This document shows positions 37,149 through 46,777 of a stretch of DNA of 64,000 nt, piece after piece (positions within the stretch are counted from its first letter, which is position 1; each line of letters opens with the position of its first letter). The notes below the pieces were generated by a model, which had not been told where the DNA came from, did not search any database, and saw only the letters and a program-made list of their open reading frames with translations. The stretch is from contig CBDCOX010000002.1 of the NCBI GenBank assembly GCA_965219995.1, forward strand, positions 1,632,001 through 1,696,000, written 5' to 3'. The DNA comes from Candidatus Latescibacterota bacterium. GTDB taxonomy: Bacteria > Latescibacterota > UBA2968 > GCA-2709665. The position numbers were made by a program, and so were the translations under genes.

Positions 37149-37466
37149 TCAAACCTCGCCCGTCATGTCACCCACGCCCGAGAATTCCGTAACGGACGGA
37201 AGCAGCATCAGGGCGGCAAAAAAGACGACCGTCAGTGCCAGTACCCAGAAGACAATCTGTTTTTCGGACACCAGATGCATGAAATATCCGGCAACCAGCC
37301 CGCCTTTGATACTCGCGATGAACAGCGCGATCAGGACCGTTGCCGCCACCGACTCGATCTTGAGGTAGGAGACGCCAACCGTCACGACCGTGAGTACAGC
37401 CAACGCGGCAAACACCAGAATGTAGACCCGAACATGCTTCCTGATCTCTTCGGCACTCTCAGCCAT
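37149..37466 (-). CDS. ctaF: Cytochrome c oxidase subunit IV family protein
   Basis: YILVFAALAVLT, IASIK..LV..YFMHL; 3 TM segments. Confidence 0.88.
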   Translation of the reverse strand: MAESAEEIRKHVRVYILVFAALAVLTVVTVGVSYLKIESVAATVLIALFIASIKGGLVAGYFMHLVSEKQIVFWVLALTVVFFAALMLLPSVTEFSGVGDMTGEV

Positions 37467-37488
37467 ACGATGCTCCTTGCAACGTTCC

Positions 37489-38088
37489 TTACAACAGATA
37501 AAGAATCGGGAACAGGAAGATCCATACCAGATCCACGAAGTGCCAGTAGAGACCGGCGCACTCGATCCGGTTGGCGAACTGCTCGGGCGCCGTATGCCAG
37601 AGCTTGCTTCCCGGGAACAGCAGGTAGAGATTCACGATAATGCCGCCCACCACGTGAAGCCCGTGCAGGCCGGTCATCGTAAAGTAGGTGGCGTAGAACG
37701 TGCTGGTGGACGGAAAGATGCCAAGATGGAATTTGTGGGTGTATTCGAAATACTTGATCACCAGAAACACGAAGGCCAGCAGTACCGTCAGCCCCAGATA
37801 GAGTTTGAACCTGCCGAAGTTGTCCATTTTCAGGGATGCCCAGGACATCACCATGGTCACACTGGACGCGATGAGCACGAACGTATTCAGCGTGGCCAGC
37901 GGTACATTCAGCAACTCCGAACCCTGAGGCCAGCTGGGCGCGCCCACCCTGAGCAGGACCAGCGTTGAAAACAGCGCGCCGAAAAGCATCACCTCGGACG
38001 CCAGGAACAGCCAGATCCCGAACTTTCCGTTATACACCCCCGTAATCGGATGCGGCTCCACCGTGTGGGGAATTTCTTCAACAGACAC
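37489..38088 (-). CDS. ctaE: Cytochrome c oxidase subunit III
   Basis: GIWLFLASEVMLF, TGLHGLHV and GLYWHFVDLVW motifs. Confidence 0.95.
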   Translation of the reverse strand: MSVEEIPHTVEPHPITGVYNGKFGIWLFLASEVMLFGALFSTLVLLRVGAPSWPQGSELLNVPLATLNTFVLIASSVTMVMSWASLKMDNFGRFKLYLGLTVLLAFVFLVIKYFEYTHKFHLGIFPSTSTFYATYFTMTGLHGLHVVGGIIVNLYLLFPGSKLWHTAPEQFANRIECAGLYWHFVDLVWIFLFPILYLL

Positions 38089-38131
38089 CGTTTGTCTCCT
38101 TTACGTTTGTAGCGGACAGACCGGTCTAATT

Positions 38132-39928
38132 CTAGTCGTCGTCCGCGGGCGTGGGCGCCGGTTCGGGTTCGGGTTGAGCCACCTGCCCGTTTTCAGACGC
38201 ATGCTGCGGTATGAAGTCACTGGATGCGCCGGGAACACTGTATTCGTACGGCCCCCGGTAGACCCTGGGTGTAACCGCGAAATTCCCGTGCGGCGGGGGC
38301 GTGGGCGTGGCCCACTCCAGGGTGGTGGCCTGCCACGGATTGTCCGACTCGACCTTTTTCCCCTTCCTCATGCTCCAAAAGAAATTGACGATGAAGAAGA
38401 TCTGCGCCAGTCCCAGCAGCCATGCAGACCAGGAACTCATGGCAGTCAGGCCCTGCACCTGCGCCCCGTAGGCGTACTGCGTCTGGTCGTAAAGCCGCCG
38501 TGATACCCCGGCCATCCCCACGAACAACATCGGCATGAACACACCGTTCATAAAGATCAGGCTGGTCCAGAAATGCAGTTTGCCCAGCGCATCGTTCATC
38601 ATGCGGCCCGTTGCCTTTGGGAACCAGTAATAGATCCCGGCAAACAGCGCGAATATCGTACCCGGCGCCACCACATAGTGGAAATGACCGATCACGTAAT
38701 AGGTATCGTGCAGGTGCAGGTCCGAGGCGGTGAGGCCCAGCGGCAGCCCCGTCAACCCTCCAATGGCGAACATGGGAATGAACGCCAGGCAGAACAGCAT
38801 GGGTACCGAAAACCGGATGGACCCGCCGTGCAGGCTCAATGCGAACGCCGTCAGGATGATCACCGAAGGAATGGAGATGATCATGGTCGTGGCCTGGAAG
38901 AAGGTGCTGATGGTCGTTCCCATCCCCGTCATGAACATGTGATGCGCCCAGACGATAAACGACATGAATCCGAGAAAGACGATCGAGTAGACCAGCGTGC
39001 GATACCCCCACAGCGGCCGGCGCGTGTTGTTCGCCACGATCTCGCCCACGATGCCCATTGCCGGAAGAATCAGCACATAGACTTCCGGATGCGCGAGAAA
39101 CCAGAACAGGTGCTGCCACAACAGCGGGCTGCCGCCGCCGCTCACGTCCAGCGCCTGTCCGGTGACGACGAGGCCGCTGGGCATGAAGAAGCTGGTCCCC
39201 GCGATCCGGTCCATGAGTTGCATGACCCCGGCGGCCTCGAGCGGCGGGAACGCCAGCAACAGCAGAAACGCAGTGACAAACTGCGCCCAAACGAAGAACG
39301 GCAGCCGGAAAAAGGAAAGCCCTTCGGCCCTCATCTGTACTGTTGTGACGATGAAATTCACCGAGCCCAGCAGAGACGAGGTGATGAGGGCAACCATCCC
39401 CCAAAGCCACCAGGTCTGCCCCGTGGGCGCGATAACGGCAAGCGGCGGATAGGACGTCCAGCCGGACTGGGCCGCACCCTCGGGAACGAAAAAGCTGGCC
39501 AGCATAATGACGCCACCCACGAAAAACACCCAGTAACTCGCCATGTTGAGCTTCGGAAACGCCATATCCGGCGCGCCGATCTGGAGCGGCAGCACGTAGT
39601 TTCCAAAACCGCCGACAGCCAGCGGAACCACGCCCAGAAAGACCATGATTGTCCCATGCATGGCCCCGAGCTGGTTGTAAAACTCGGGAACCATGATGCC
39701 TTCCGGCATATTCACCTCGCCGAACAAGGTCCCGATCCAGGGCATCGGCTGCCCGGGATAGGCAAGTTGCCACCGCATCATCATCATCAGGCAGAAGCCG
39801 AATAGCAGGAAGAACAGCGCGGTTACCGCGTACTGGATCCCGATGACCTTGTGGTCGGTGGAAAACACGTACTTTTGCCAGAAAGGCAACTCATGGTGTC
39901 CATGATCGCCGTGTGCATGCTCAGCCAT
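38132..39928 (-). CDS. ctaD: Cytochrome c oxidase subunit I (A1-type)
   Basis: STDHKVIG, HGTIM, DMAFP, HPEVY, VWAHHM and GHFHY motifs. Confidence 0.97.
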   Translation of the reverse strand: MAEHAHGDHGHHELPFWQKYVFSTDHKVIGIQYAVTALFFLLFGFCLMMMMRWQLAYPGQPMPWIGTLFGEVNMPEGIMVPEFYNQLGAMHGTIMVFLGVVPLAVGGFGNYVLPLQIGAPDMAFPKLNMASYWVFFVGGVIMLASFFVPEGAAQSGWTSYPPLAVIAPTGQTWWLWGMVALITSSLLGSVNFIVTTVQMRAEGLSFFRLPFFVWAQFVTAFLLLLAFPPLEAAGVMQLMDRIAGTSFFMPSGLVVTGQALDVSGGGSPLLWQHLFWFLAHPEVYVLILPAMGIVGEIVANNTRRPLWGYRTLVYSIVFLGFMSFIVWAHHMFMTGMGTTISTFFQATTMIISIPSVIILTAFALSLHGGSIRFSVPMLFCLAFIPMFAIGGLTGLPLGLTASDLHLHDTYYVIGHFHYVVAPGTIFALFAGIYYWFPKATGRMMNDALGKLHFWTSLIFMNGVFMPMLFVGMAGVSRRLYDQTQYAYGAQVQGLTAMSSWSAWLLGLAQIFFIVNFFWSMRKGKKVESDNPWQATTLEWATPTPPPHGNFAVTPRVYRGPYEYSVPGASSDFIPQHASENGQVAQPEPEPAPTPADDD

Positions 39929-39940
39929 TGAAAAGGCTCC

Positions 39941-40711
39941 TTAAAACGAAAATTCGTCTTCTTCGTCTGCGGCCGCGGACTGCTCATCGAACCAGGCCTG
40001 GAACGCCGCTTTCGACTCGACCGTCAACTGTCCGCGCATGCGATAGTGGCCCAATCCGCACAGCTGCGCACAGGCGATGTCGAAGGTGCCGTTCTTTGTG
40101 GCCTCGAACCAGATCCTGATATCCTGGCCGGGAATCGCGTCCTGCGTCAGCCGCAGTACCGGTATCTTGAAGCTGTGAATAACATCCTTCGACGAGATGT
40201 GCGCAATGACGGGCTTGTCTTTCACAATATGCAGGTTGTTGATCGCATTGAAATCGTCGTTGCCGACCGGGTCGTCGGGATCCAGCCCGAGGAGATTGTC
40301 AGCGCTGACGAACTCGGGCGCCGTCCGTCCGAACTTTCCGTCTTTGCCCGAGTAGTGGATATTCCAGGCAAACTGCTCGGGTATCACCCGGACGACAAGC
40401 GCGTCGGACTCATCGGGAAACGCGTGCTTGAAGTCGGCCCAGAGCGGCATGGACAGCCCGACGAGCAGCACCGCCTCGACGACGATCACACCGTACTCCA
40501 CGTACTTGGCGATCTTTCCCTTGATGGGATCGTAGGTCGCGTCCGGGTTCGCCCTTCTCCGATAGCGGACGAGACAATAGACAAAGAAGACGCCCCAGCC
40601 CAGAAACAGCGCCACCATGAAGACATGCAGCCAATTGATCAGCCAATCCACGGTTGCGCCGTGGGTGGAGATGTCAATTGGCAGCCAGTAGCCGTACACC
40701 TTTTCCTGCAT
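39941..40711 (-). CDS. ctaC: Cytochrome c oxidase subunit II (CuA, no fused cytochrome c)
   Basis: QFAW, DVIHSF, DAIPG and CAQLCGLGHYRM motifs. Confidence 0.95.
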   Translation of the reverse strand: MQEKVYGYWLPIDISTHGATVDWLINWLHVFMVALFLGWGVFFVYCLVRYRRRANPDATYDPIKGKIAKYVEYGVIVVEAVLLVGLSMPLWADFKHAFPDESDALVVRVIPEQFAWNIHYSGKDGKFGRTAPEFVSADNLLGLDPDDPVGNDDFNAINNLHIVKDKPVIAHISSKDVIHSFKIPVLRLTQDAIPGQDIRIWFEATKNGTFDIACAQLCGLGHYRMRGQLTVESKAAFQAWFDEQSAAADEEDEFSF

Positions 40712-40783
40712 TCGGGACCCCTCCCGTGTTATCGCGGTGCGGGCGCGCGCCCGCGCACCCTGCGCCAGCCCATCGAAATACGT

Positions 40784-41524
40784 CTATTTTTTCGGCTTTA
40801 TCTTGAACAGGAAGTCCAGGGTCCTGGACTCGCCGTCGGCAACGGTTAACTCCTCCGTCATCGTGCCCAGCCGCTTGCTTTCGTGCCATGCCTCGATCGT
40901 GTACGTGCCCGCCGGCAGCCCGGCGATCTCGAATTTCCCTCCCTCGCCGCTGACGGAGAAAAACGGGTGTTCCATCACGCCGATATACGACTGCATCCAG
41001 GGGTGCACGTCGCATTTGACAGGTACCATTACCTCCGGATTCGCGAACGAAATCGTGATCTTCTTCATGAACTTCGGCATGGCCTTGTTGATTTCGTCCG
41101 AGTTCTGCGGCTTCGGGTGGATGTTGTGCAGCGTGCCGTCGCTGTTGAGTACCGTGATCGGTTGCCCCGCCCTGACGCCCATCACGTGGGGCACGTAAAT
41201 GCAGCCCTGCTGGTCCAGAACCGCAGGCTCGGCAGGCACTTCGAATTTCTCGCCCTCGAGGCCTTTTTTTACGTAGACAAATACGTTGTGCAGACTGCCG
41301 TCGTCCTCAACCACCACGACTTCGCTCAGTGCCGGACCGGCGGTGTGCTTTCCCGCGCAGACCGGGTCGGCCGCCATCTGGATTTTCTTGCGGCCCGGTT
41401 TCTTGCCCCCCGGGAATTCCAGTTTGATGGTTCCGGAAACCGTTGCTCCCGCCATCGCGTCACCGGACGCAAACCATGCGAAACTCACCGCGATGATCAC
41501 TGCGATAGACCCACGTCGTATCAT
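40784..41524 (-). CDS. Secreted protein with a cupredoxin-like H...CxxHPxM site and a transthyretin-like domain
   Basis: Signal peptide, LDQQGC.Y.PHV, NSDGTLHNIH, KCDVHPWM and LPAGTYTIEAWHE motifs. Confidence 0.7.
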   Translation of the reverse strand: MIRRGSIAVIIAVSFAWFASGDAMAGATVSGTIKLEFPGGKKPGRKKIQMAADPVCAGKHTAGPALSEVVVVEDDGSLHNVFVYVKKGLEGEKFEVPAEPAVLDQQGCIYVPHVMGVRAGQPITVLNSDGTLHNIHPKPQNSDEINKAMPKFMKKITISFANPEVMVPVKCDVHPWMQSYIGVMEHPFFSVSGEGGKFEIAGLPAGTYTIEAWHESKRLGTMTEELTVADGESRTLDFLFKIKPKK

Positions 41525-41621
41525 TCCTCTGTCCCCTCTCTTCCGTGTACGGTTGACAGCCCGCCAGCCGGCTGATTCTTCCTTTATTGTTTGAATCGTA
41601 AGGACTCCCTGAATGTTCCAA

Positions 41622-44600
41622 CTATCGCCTGGTCAGCCGGGCATCCTGGTGCAGGCCGTAGATGATGTAGTCGGTAATCGCCTCGATGACGACGTCGGTC
41701 GGCAGAACGAGCAGGCCGTCTTCCGGCTTGACTCCCTCGGGGAGCTTCAGATAGGCGGCCATTTCCTCCGGCAGGTAGGTCATTTCGTCGCCGAAGAAAG
41801 TGGGCATCTTGGTGCCCGGCTGTATCTTCTGCGGATCCCACAGCCAGTCCCGGATCCATGCCGGTTTCAGCCGCTCCCGCGCGAGCTTCAGGTCGGGCGC
41901 CCAGCTTGCCGGGTCGCCCGTAGGCTTGATGTCGCCCTGCTGGTGGCACGTGAAGCAGTTGTATATGTCGGCGCTGAACAGCTTCTTCGCGCCCGTGATA
42001 TCGCTTGAACTCAACCGCTTATGCACAAACGTCGCATACGGGAACTGTTCATTGTCGAGGCGCGAAAAATAGGTGACCAGGTCGATGGCCTGCTGGTCTT
42101 CGAAACCAAATGTGGGCATTCGGACCTCGAGCCACGGACGGATGGGCTCCACGTTCTTCAGGAACGAGAAGAACCAGTCCGGCTGAACTTTTCTGCCTTC
42201 GCCGTTCAGTTCCGGCGGCACGAAACCCACGGCGTCGGACGCGGAGACGTCCTCGTCGCCGTAAGCCTTCACCATCGGGTCCCGGATTGCTCCCCCCTGG
42301 TTCTCCACCACATGGCACCCTTGACAGTTCCTGTCGTATACCAGCCAGCGGCCCTTCTCGATATCCACTTCATCGGGTGCGAGACGTTTGATCGCGTCCG
42401 AGCCCGCCTGGCTCCGGTTCAGGCTCAGCAGCGCCGTCGTCAACGCGTGCGCATCCTCGTCGCTCAGACCGTACTGGGGCATACGCAGCTTGTCGTCGAA
42501 CAGTTTCACCTTCCCCTTGTCGAAGACCCGGGGCTGCTTGAGCTTCTTGTAGAACCAGTCGTGACGCGTATAGGGAATGGCGTCGGGATCGGTGTTGTAG
42601 GAGCCCGGTTTCCTGGCCAGCAGACCAAAGTCCAGCTTGTCGACGTCCTTGCTGCCTTCCTCGGTCAGTTCCGTGCCGATGGGCTGGGCATCTTCGAAAC
42701 CGGGAATGAGGTGGCATCCGAAGCAGCCCTGCCGGGAGATGATCTTCTCGCCAAGCCAGATGTCCCGCTCGTGGCCCGACATCCCTGCCAGTTGCTCCTT
42801 CGCGGTCTTCACGGGCAGCCTGCTTCGCAGATAGTTCAGCACAAGGTCGTCGCGCACCTGCGCGTCCACTGCCGCCACCTGTCGGGCTTCAAACTCCGTA
42901 TTCCGGAGGGTAAGCAGATATGCGGTAATGTCGGCAGCTTCCCGGTCGGTCAGCCGCAGATTCGGCATCCGTGTTTCCGGAAAATAGGCCGTGGGATCCT
43001 TCAGCCAGGCGAACAGCCATCCTGAAGACAGCTTGCTGCCCACGTCGTTCAGGTTCGGACCGAAATTCCGGAGTCCGTATTCCTGTCCCAACCGATCGTC
43101 CGCACCCACCACGTGACAGGCCTTGCAACCCACCATTTCGACGAGGCGCTCTCCGCGGCCGGCATCGCCCTGCACCGGGGGCGCGGGGTATTCGGGCCGC
43201 TCCGACTTGTCGAAGATATAGGTCACGACGGCGTTGACCGCGGCCGTATTGCGCGCGATATCCTCCGTCCCGCTCACGTTGGCCAGATCGAAAATCTTCG
43301 GCATCTTCGTCGAAGGCCGGAACCCCTTGGGATCACGCACCCACTTGATTGCCCAGTTGCGATCCAGCTTGCCGGCCGCCTTTCTCAGATCGGGTCCGAC
43401 CTCTCGCCCATCCTGCAGCGTATGTTTTGCTATTTTATGGCACCCGTGGCAACCCAGCGTGCGAACGAGGTGGATGCCGCGATTCAGGTTGTCCGCCTGC
43501 GGCACGTCCACAACGCCAGCGTGGCACTGCGCGCACGTGGATTCGACATAGCGGCTGGGCAGCATCGGGTGGTCCCAGTATTTCATTTTCTTCCAGCCGT
43601 ACAGCTTCTTCCAGCGGGCAGCCTCGACGTCGTCGCCCGGGGTATGGGCCGTATTCTTGAATGTAACGCCACGGTCCCGCCCGAGATGACAGGTCGTGCA
43701 TCCGGACTCGTCGATTGGATGCGGCGAGCCGCTGCTCAGGAAAAGGTCCAGTCTCGGATGCGTGGCGAATGCTCTGGTGCGGCCAAGCCGTACATCCTCA
43801 TCCGCGTGGACCGTTTCCATATACGACCTGAGCGTCTCATCCTTGAACCAGCCGGTTTCGGGATCGAGTTCGTACCCCGGACGATCGATGTTCAGGTGGC
43901 ACGTGGTACACCGGTCCACCCGGGGTACCCGGGTAAAATTGAGTTCATTTCTCAGATCGGCCAGAACGACCTGCCGGACCTTTATGGACGGATCGATAAA
44001 ATCGACCATCGGCAGGTTTCGGAACACATTGGGAAAACTGGGCACAAGCCCCGTCAACTTCCGCCTCAGGTTGTCTTCATCCTTGCGCAGCGAGCGCCGC
44101 CTGGACGCCAGCGCCTGACGCTTCCCGGCTACTTCATCGATGATCTTCTGCTGCGCCGCCTGTTTCTCCTCCACAGCCTCTTTGGTCAGCCGGAACTCGA
44201 AGATCCGGACTTCCATGGCCTCCATCTCGGCCTTCTTCTTCGCCGCGGTTTCCTCGTACCCGGCCTTGGCCGCGTCTTCGTACTCAAACTTCACCACGTC
44301 GTATTGCGCTTTTTCGAACTTGAGCCTCTGATCGGCGCTGTACCAATCCGCCTGCGTCAGCCTTTTCAACTCGGTCGTCGCCGCGTCGTATTGTTCCTGG
44401 TGCGCCTGGATTGCGGCCCGGATCCCGCCGAGTTCGTCCTCGATTGCCTTCAGCGCGTCCTGATCGACGTTCTCCTGCGCCAGCTTGATTTCCGCCTCGG
44501 TCTTATAGGCCTCCAGCGCCATCGCATCCTTCTGAAAATCCTTCCATTCCCGGTCGTAGTCGTCCCAGACCATCCAGAGCACGGCGAGAACCAGCACCAC

Positions 44601-44675
44601 GCTGGACACGGCGAAAATCATGTTCATTCTGTCTACGTTGTAGACGAAGTCTATGAAGCGCTTCGGCTCATTCAT
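41622..44675 (-). CDS. Membrane-anchored octaheme cytochrome c
   Basis: N-terminal TM helix, a long coiled coil, and 8 CxxCH motifs (CTTCH x2, CAQCH, CHGCH, CKACH, CFGCH, CQGCH, CFTCH). Confidence 0.92.
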   Translation of the reverse strand: MNEPKRFIDFVYNVDRMNMIFAVSSVVLVLAVLWMVWDDYDREWKDFQKDAMALEAYKTEAEIKLAQENVDQDALKAIEDELGGIRAAIQAHQEQYDAATTELKRLTQADWYSADQRLKFEKAQYDVVKFEYEDAAKAGYEETAAKKKAEMEAMEVRIFEFRLTKEAVEEKQAAQQKIIDEVAGKRQALASRRRSLRKDEDNLRRKLTGLVPSFPNVFRNLPMVDFIDPSIKVRQVVLADLRNELNFTRVPRVDRCTTCHLNIDRPGYELDPETGWFKDETLRSYMETVHADEDVRLGRTRAFATHPRLDLFLSSGSPHPIDESGCTTCHLGRDRGVTFKNTAHTPGDDVEAARWKKLYGWKKMKYWDHPMLPSRYVESTCAQCHAGVVDVPQADNLNRGIHLVRTLGCHGCHKIAKHTLQDGREVGPDLRKAAGKLDRNWAIKWVRDPKGFRPSTKMPKIFDLANVSGTEDIARNTAAVNAVVTYIFDKSERPEYPAPPVQGDAGRGERLVEMVGCKACHVVGADDRLGQEYGLRNFGPNLNDVGSKLSSGWLFAWLKDPTAYFPETRMPNLRLTDREAADITAYLLTLRNTEFEARQVAAVDAQVRDDLVLNYLRSRLPVKTAKEQLAGMSGHERDIWLGEKIISRQGCFGCHLIPGFEDAQPIGTELTEEGSKDVDKLDFGLLARKPGSYNTDPDAIPYTRHDWFYKKLKQPRVFDKGKVKLFDDKLRMPQYGLSDEDAHALTTALLSLNRSQAGSDAIKRLAPDEVDIEKGRWLVYDRNCQGCHVVENQGGAIRDPMVKAYGDEDVSASDAVGFVPPELNGEGRKVQPDWFFSFLKNVEPIRPWLEVRMPTFGFEDQQAIDLVTYFSRLDNEQFPYATFVHKRLSSSDITGAKKLFSADIYNCFTCHQQGDIKPTGDPASWAPDLKLARERLKPAWIRDWLWDPQKIQPGTKMPTFFGDEMTYLPEEMAAYLKLPEGVKPEDGLLVLPTDVVIEAITDYIIYGLHQDARLTRR

Positions 44676-44779
44676 CGAACGGCTCCAGGGTGGCGGCGTC
44701 GGACCGTCGTGCCGCCTCCACCAACCCCTTCAAATCCCACACAGGATGCTGCAGCGGCGCCGGCAACAGGAGTGAACCC

Positions 44780-45856
44780 TCAGATATTGAAGAAATACTC
44801 CGGTATGGCGACGATGTATTTCAGGTTGAACAGCCAGCGCAGCAACATCTTGATGGGGAGGGCGACCATGCAGAGGAAGAAGAAGATCATCACGCTGTAG
44901 CGGGCGAACCCCATATTCTTGTAGAAGTCCTTGAACACCGTCTGCGCGAGTAATGGCGGCGGAACCAGAAAATACAGGATCACCAGCAGAAATCCCCATA
45001 TCTCGCGCGTCAACCAGAAGGAAGGCAAACCCGTGCCCAGCCATTGGACGTAGATGTATTCCGAGAGATTGACGTTGACCAGCGCTTCCAGCTTATGTAC
45101 GTCCCAGAATTCGTACGGTCCGAAAAAGTTCCAGTTCGGTCCGCGCAGGAACGTGCCGATCATGATCAGCACCACCCACAACACCACAAAACCGAAAAGG
45201 AACACTGTAATGGCGAACCGGCGTTCCTTGAAGGTGTAGTAGCCCAGACCCTTCGGATTCCGATCGATAAACGGAATGGCCATGAGTCCCACAATCACGA
45301 GGGTTGGAAGGACAACCCCGGCGATCCACGGATCGTAATACACCAGCATTTCCTGGAGCCCCAGGAAATACCACGGCGCCTTGGATGGATTGGGGGTCTT
45401 TGCGGGGTTGGCCGGCTCTTCGATGGGCGCCTTTATCAGTACGGACCAGAGAATCAGGAAGACGGTGGCCAGCGTCAGGCAGATCAATTCCGTGTAGACC
45501 AGATGGGGCCAGGTGAGGACTTTTTCCTTGAATTCCGCTTTTTCAATCGGTCCTTCGCCCCGCGCGATGCGTTCGTCGTTGTCGTACCCCTGTTTCAGGC
45601 TGTACCAGACAAAGAAACCTACCAGGAACAGCAGCATGACAATGGGGATATTGTCACCCTTCGTCACGATGATGCGAAAATTCTCATCCTGAAAACTGAC
45701 CAGGAAAAAGACGATCGAGGCGATCAGGGCGGGCAGGCCGAAACGGACCGTCCATACCCAGCGGGTCCGCAAAGCCAGAAAGAAGAGAATGGCAAACAAC
45801 GGCATGAAATATTCAGGCGTAAGAAGCCAATTGACGAAGCCTTTCAGAACGTCCAT
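44780..45856 (-). CDS. Rieske/cytb complex subunit IV-like protein (extended)
   Basis: TWPHLVY.E and EEPANPAKTPNPSKAPWYFLGLQEML (PEWY-equivalent loop), with extra TM helices at both ends. Confidence 0.85.
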   Translation of the reverse strand: MDVLKGFVNWLLTPEYFMPLFAILFFLALRTRWVWTVRFGLPALIASIVFFLVSFQDENFRIIVTKGDNIPIVMLLFLVGFFVWYSLKQGYDNDERIARGEGPIEKAEFKEKVLTWPHLVYTELICLTLATVFLILWSVLIKAPIEEPANPAKTPNPSKAPWYFLGLQEMLVYYDPWIAGVVLPTLVIVGLMAIPFIDRNPKGLGYYTFKERRFAITVFLFGFVVLWVVLIMIGTFLRGPNWNFFGPYEFWDVHKLEALVNVNLSEYIYVQWLGTGLPSFWLTREIWGFLLVILYFLVPPPLLAQTVFKDFYKNMGFARYSVMIFFFLCMVALPIKMLLRWLFNLKYIVAIPEYFFNI

Positions 45857-45905
45857 CGTGTTCCTCTGTGAAACCCCGGATTTGCAGCGTGGAGGCCGTT
45901 TCTAC

Positions 45906-46691
45906 CTACATTGGTCCCGATATCCCGCCGTCTTTCCGCACCCGCCAGAAGTGAACTGCCATCAATACAGCCGCCACGAACGGGATGAACAGACAGTGCA
46001 GTACATAGAATCTGAGCAGCGCCCCCTCCCCGACAAAGCGGCCCCCCAACAGTGCGAATCGGGCATCGTCGCCGGCGTGAACCAGGTTGATATCACCAAG
46101 CATGAGGAACGCCGCTCCGGGCCCCTCGTGACCGAGAAAAGGGGTTGCCCGGGCCATATTCGACCCCACGGTGATCGCCCAGATGGCAAGCTGATCCCAG
46201 GGCAGAAGGTACCCTGTAAAGCTCAACAACAACGTCAGAAGAAGCAGAATAACCCCGATTGCCCAGTTGAATTCGCGGGGAGGCTTGTAAGACCCGGTCA
46301 TAAACACGCGCAACATGTGGAGCCAGACCGTAATAATCATGGCGTGGGCGCCCCATCGGTGGATCTCCCGCATGATGCCCAGCGGCACCTGCTCGCCCAG
46401 GTCTATAATGTCTGTGTAAGCGTATTCGAGAGTCGGCCGGTAATAGAACATCAGCAGAATACCGGTGATCGTCTCAATCAGAAAAATAAAAAAGGTGAGC
46501 CCACCCATACACCAGGTGTAGCGCACCCTGATTCCCGATTTGGGAGTGCGCACAGGATGCAGATGCAGGAATACATTGGTCAATACCACCTGCGCGCGAC
46601 CGCGTTCGTCTCTCGGCACGTCGTGCCGGAAGATGGACTTCCAGATCTGAGAGCGCTTGGTCCGGTCCAGGAGGCCGGAAATCTTCGGCAT
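45906..46691 (-). CDS. Cytochrome b6-like subunit (split cytochrome b)
   Basis: [23 protein letters not shown]...[28 protein letters not shown] and LH-x14-H motifs. Confidence 0.95.
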   Translation of the reverse strand: MPKISGLLDRTKRSQIWKSIFRHDVPRDERGRAQVVLTNVFLHLHPVRTPKSGIRVRYTWCMGGLTFFIFLIETITGILLMFYYRPTLEYAYTDIIDLGEQVPLGIMREIHRWGAHAMIITVWLHMLRVFMTGSYKPPREFNWAIGVILLLLTLLLSFTGYLLPWDQLAIWAITVGSNMARATPFLGHEGPGAAFLMLGDINLVHAGDDARFALLGGRFVGEGALLRFYVLHCLFIPFVAAVLMAVHFWRVRKDGGISGPM

Positions 46692-46777
46692 ACCTTGTTC
46701 TCCCGATGATACCGCAATGCTGAAGCAGTCGCTGAAATGGCCTTGAGGAGGATACCGCCGGCGGCGTGCAGGCGCGA

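Noticed and set aside
39941-40711. CAQLCG in place of CxExCG as a defective CuA site
   Set aside because: That residue binds CuA through its backbone carbonyl, and all Cys/His/Met ligands are present.
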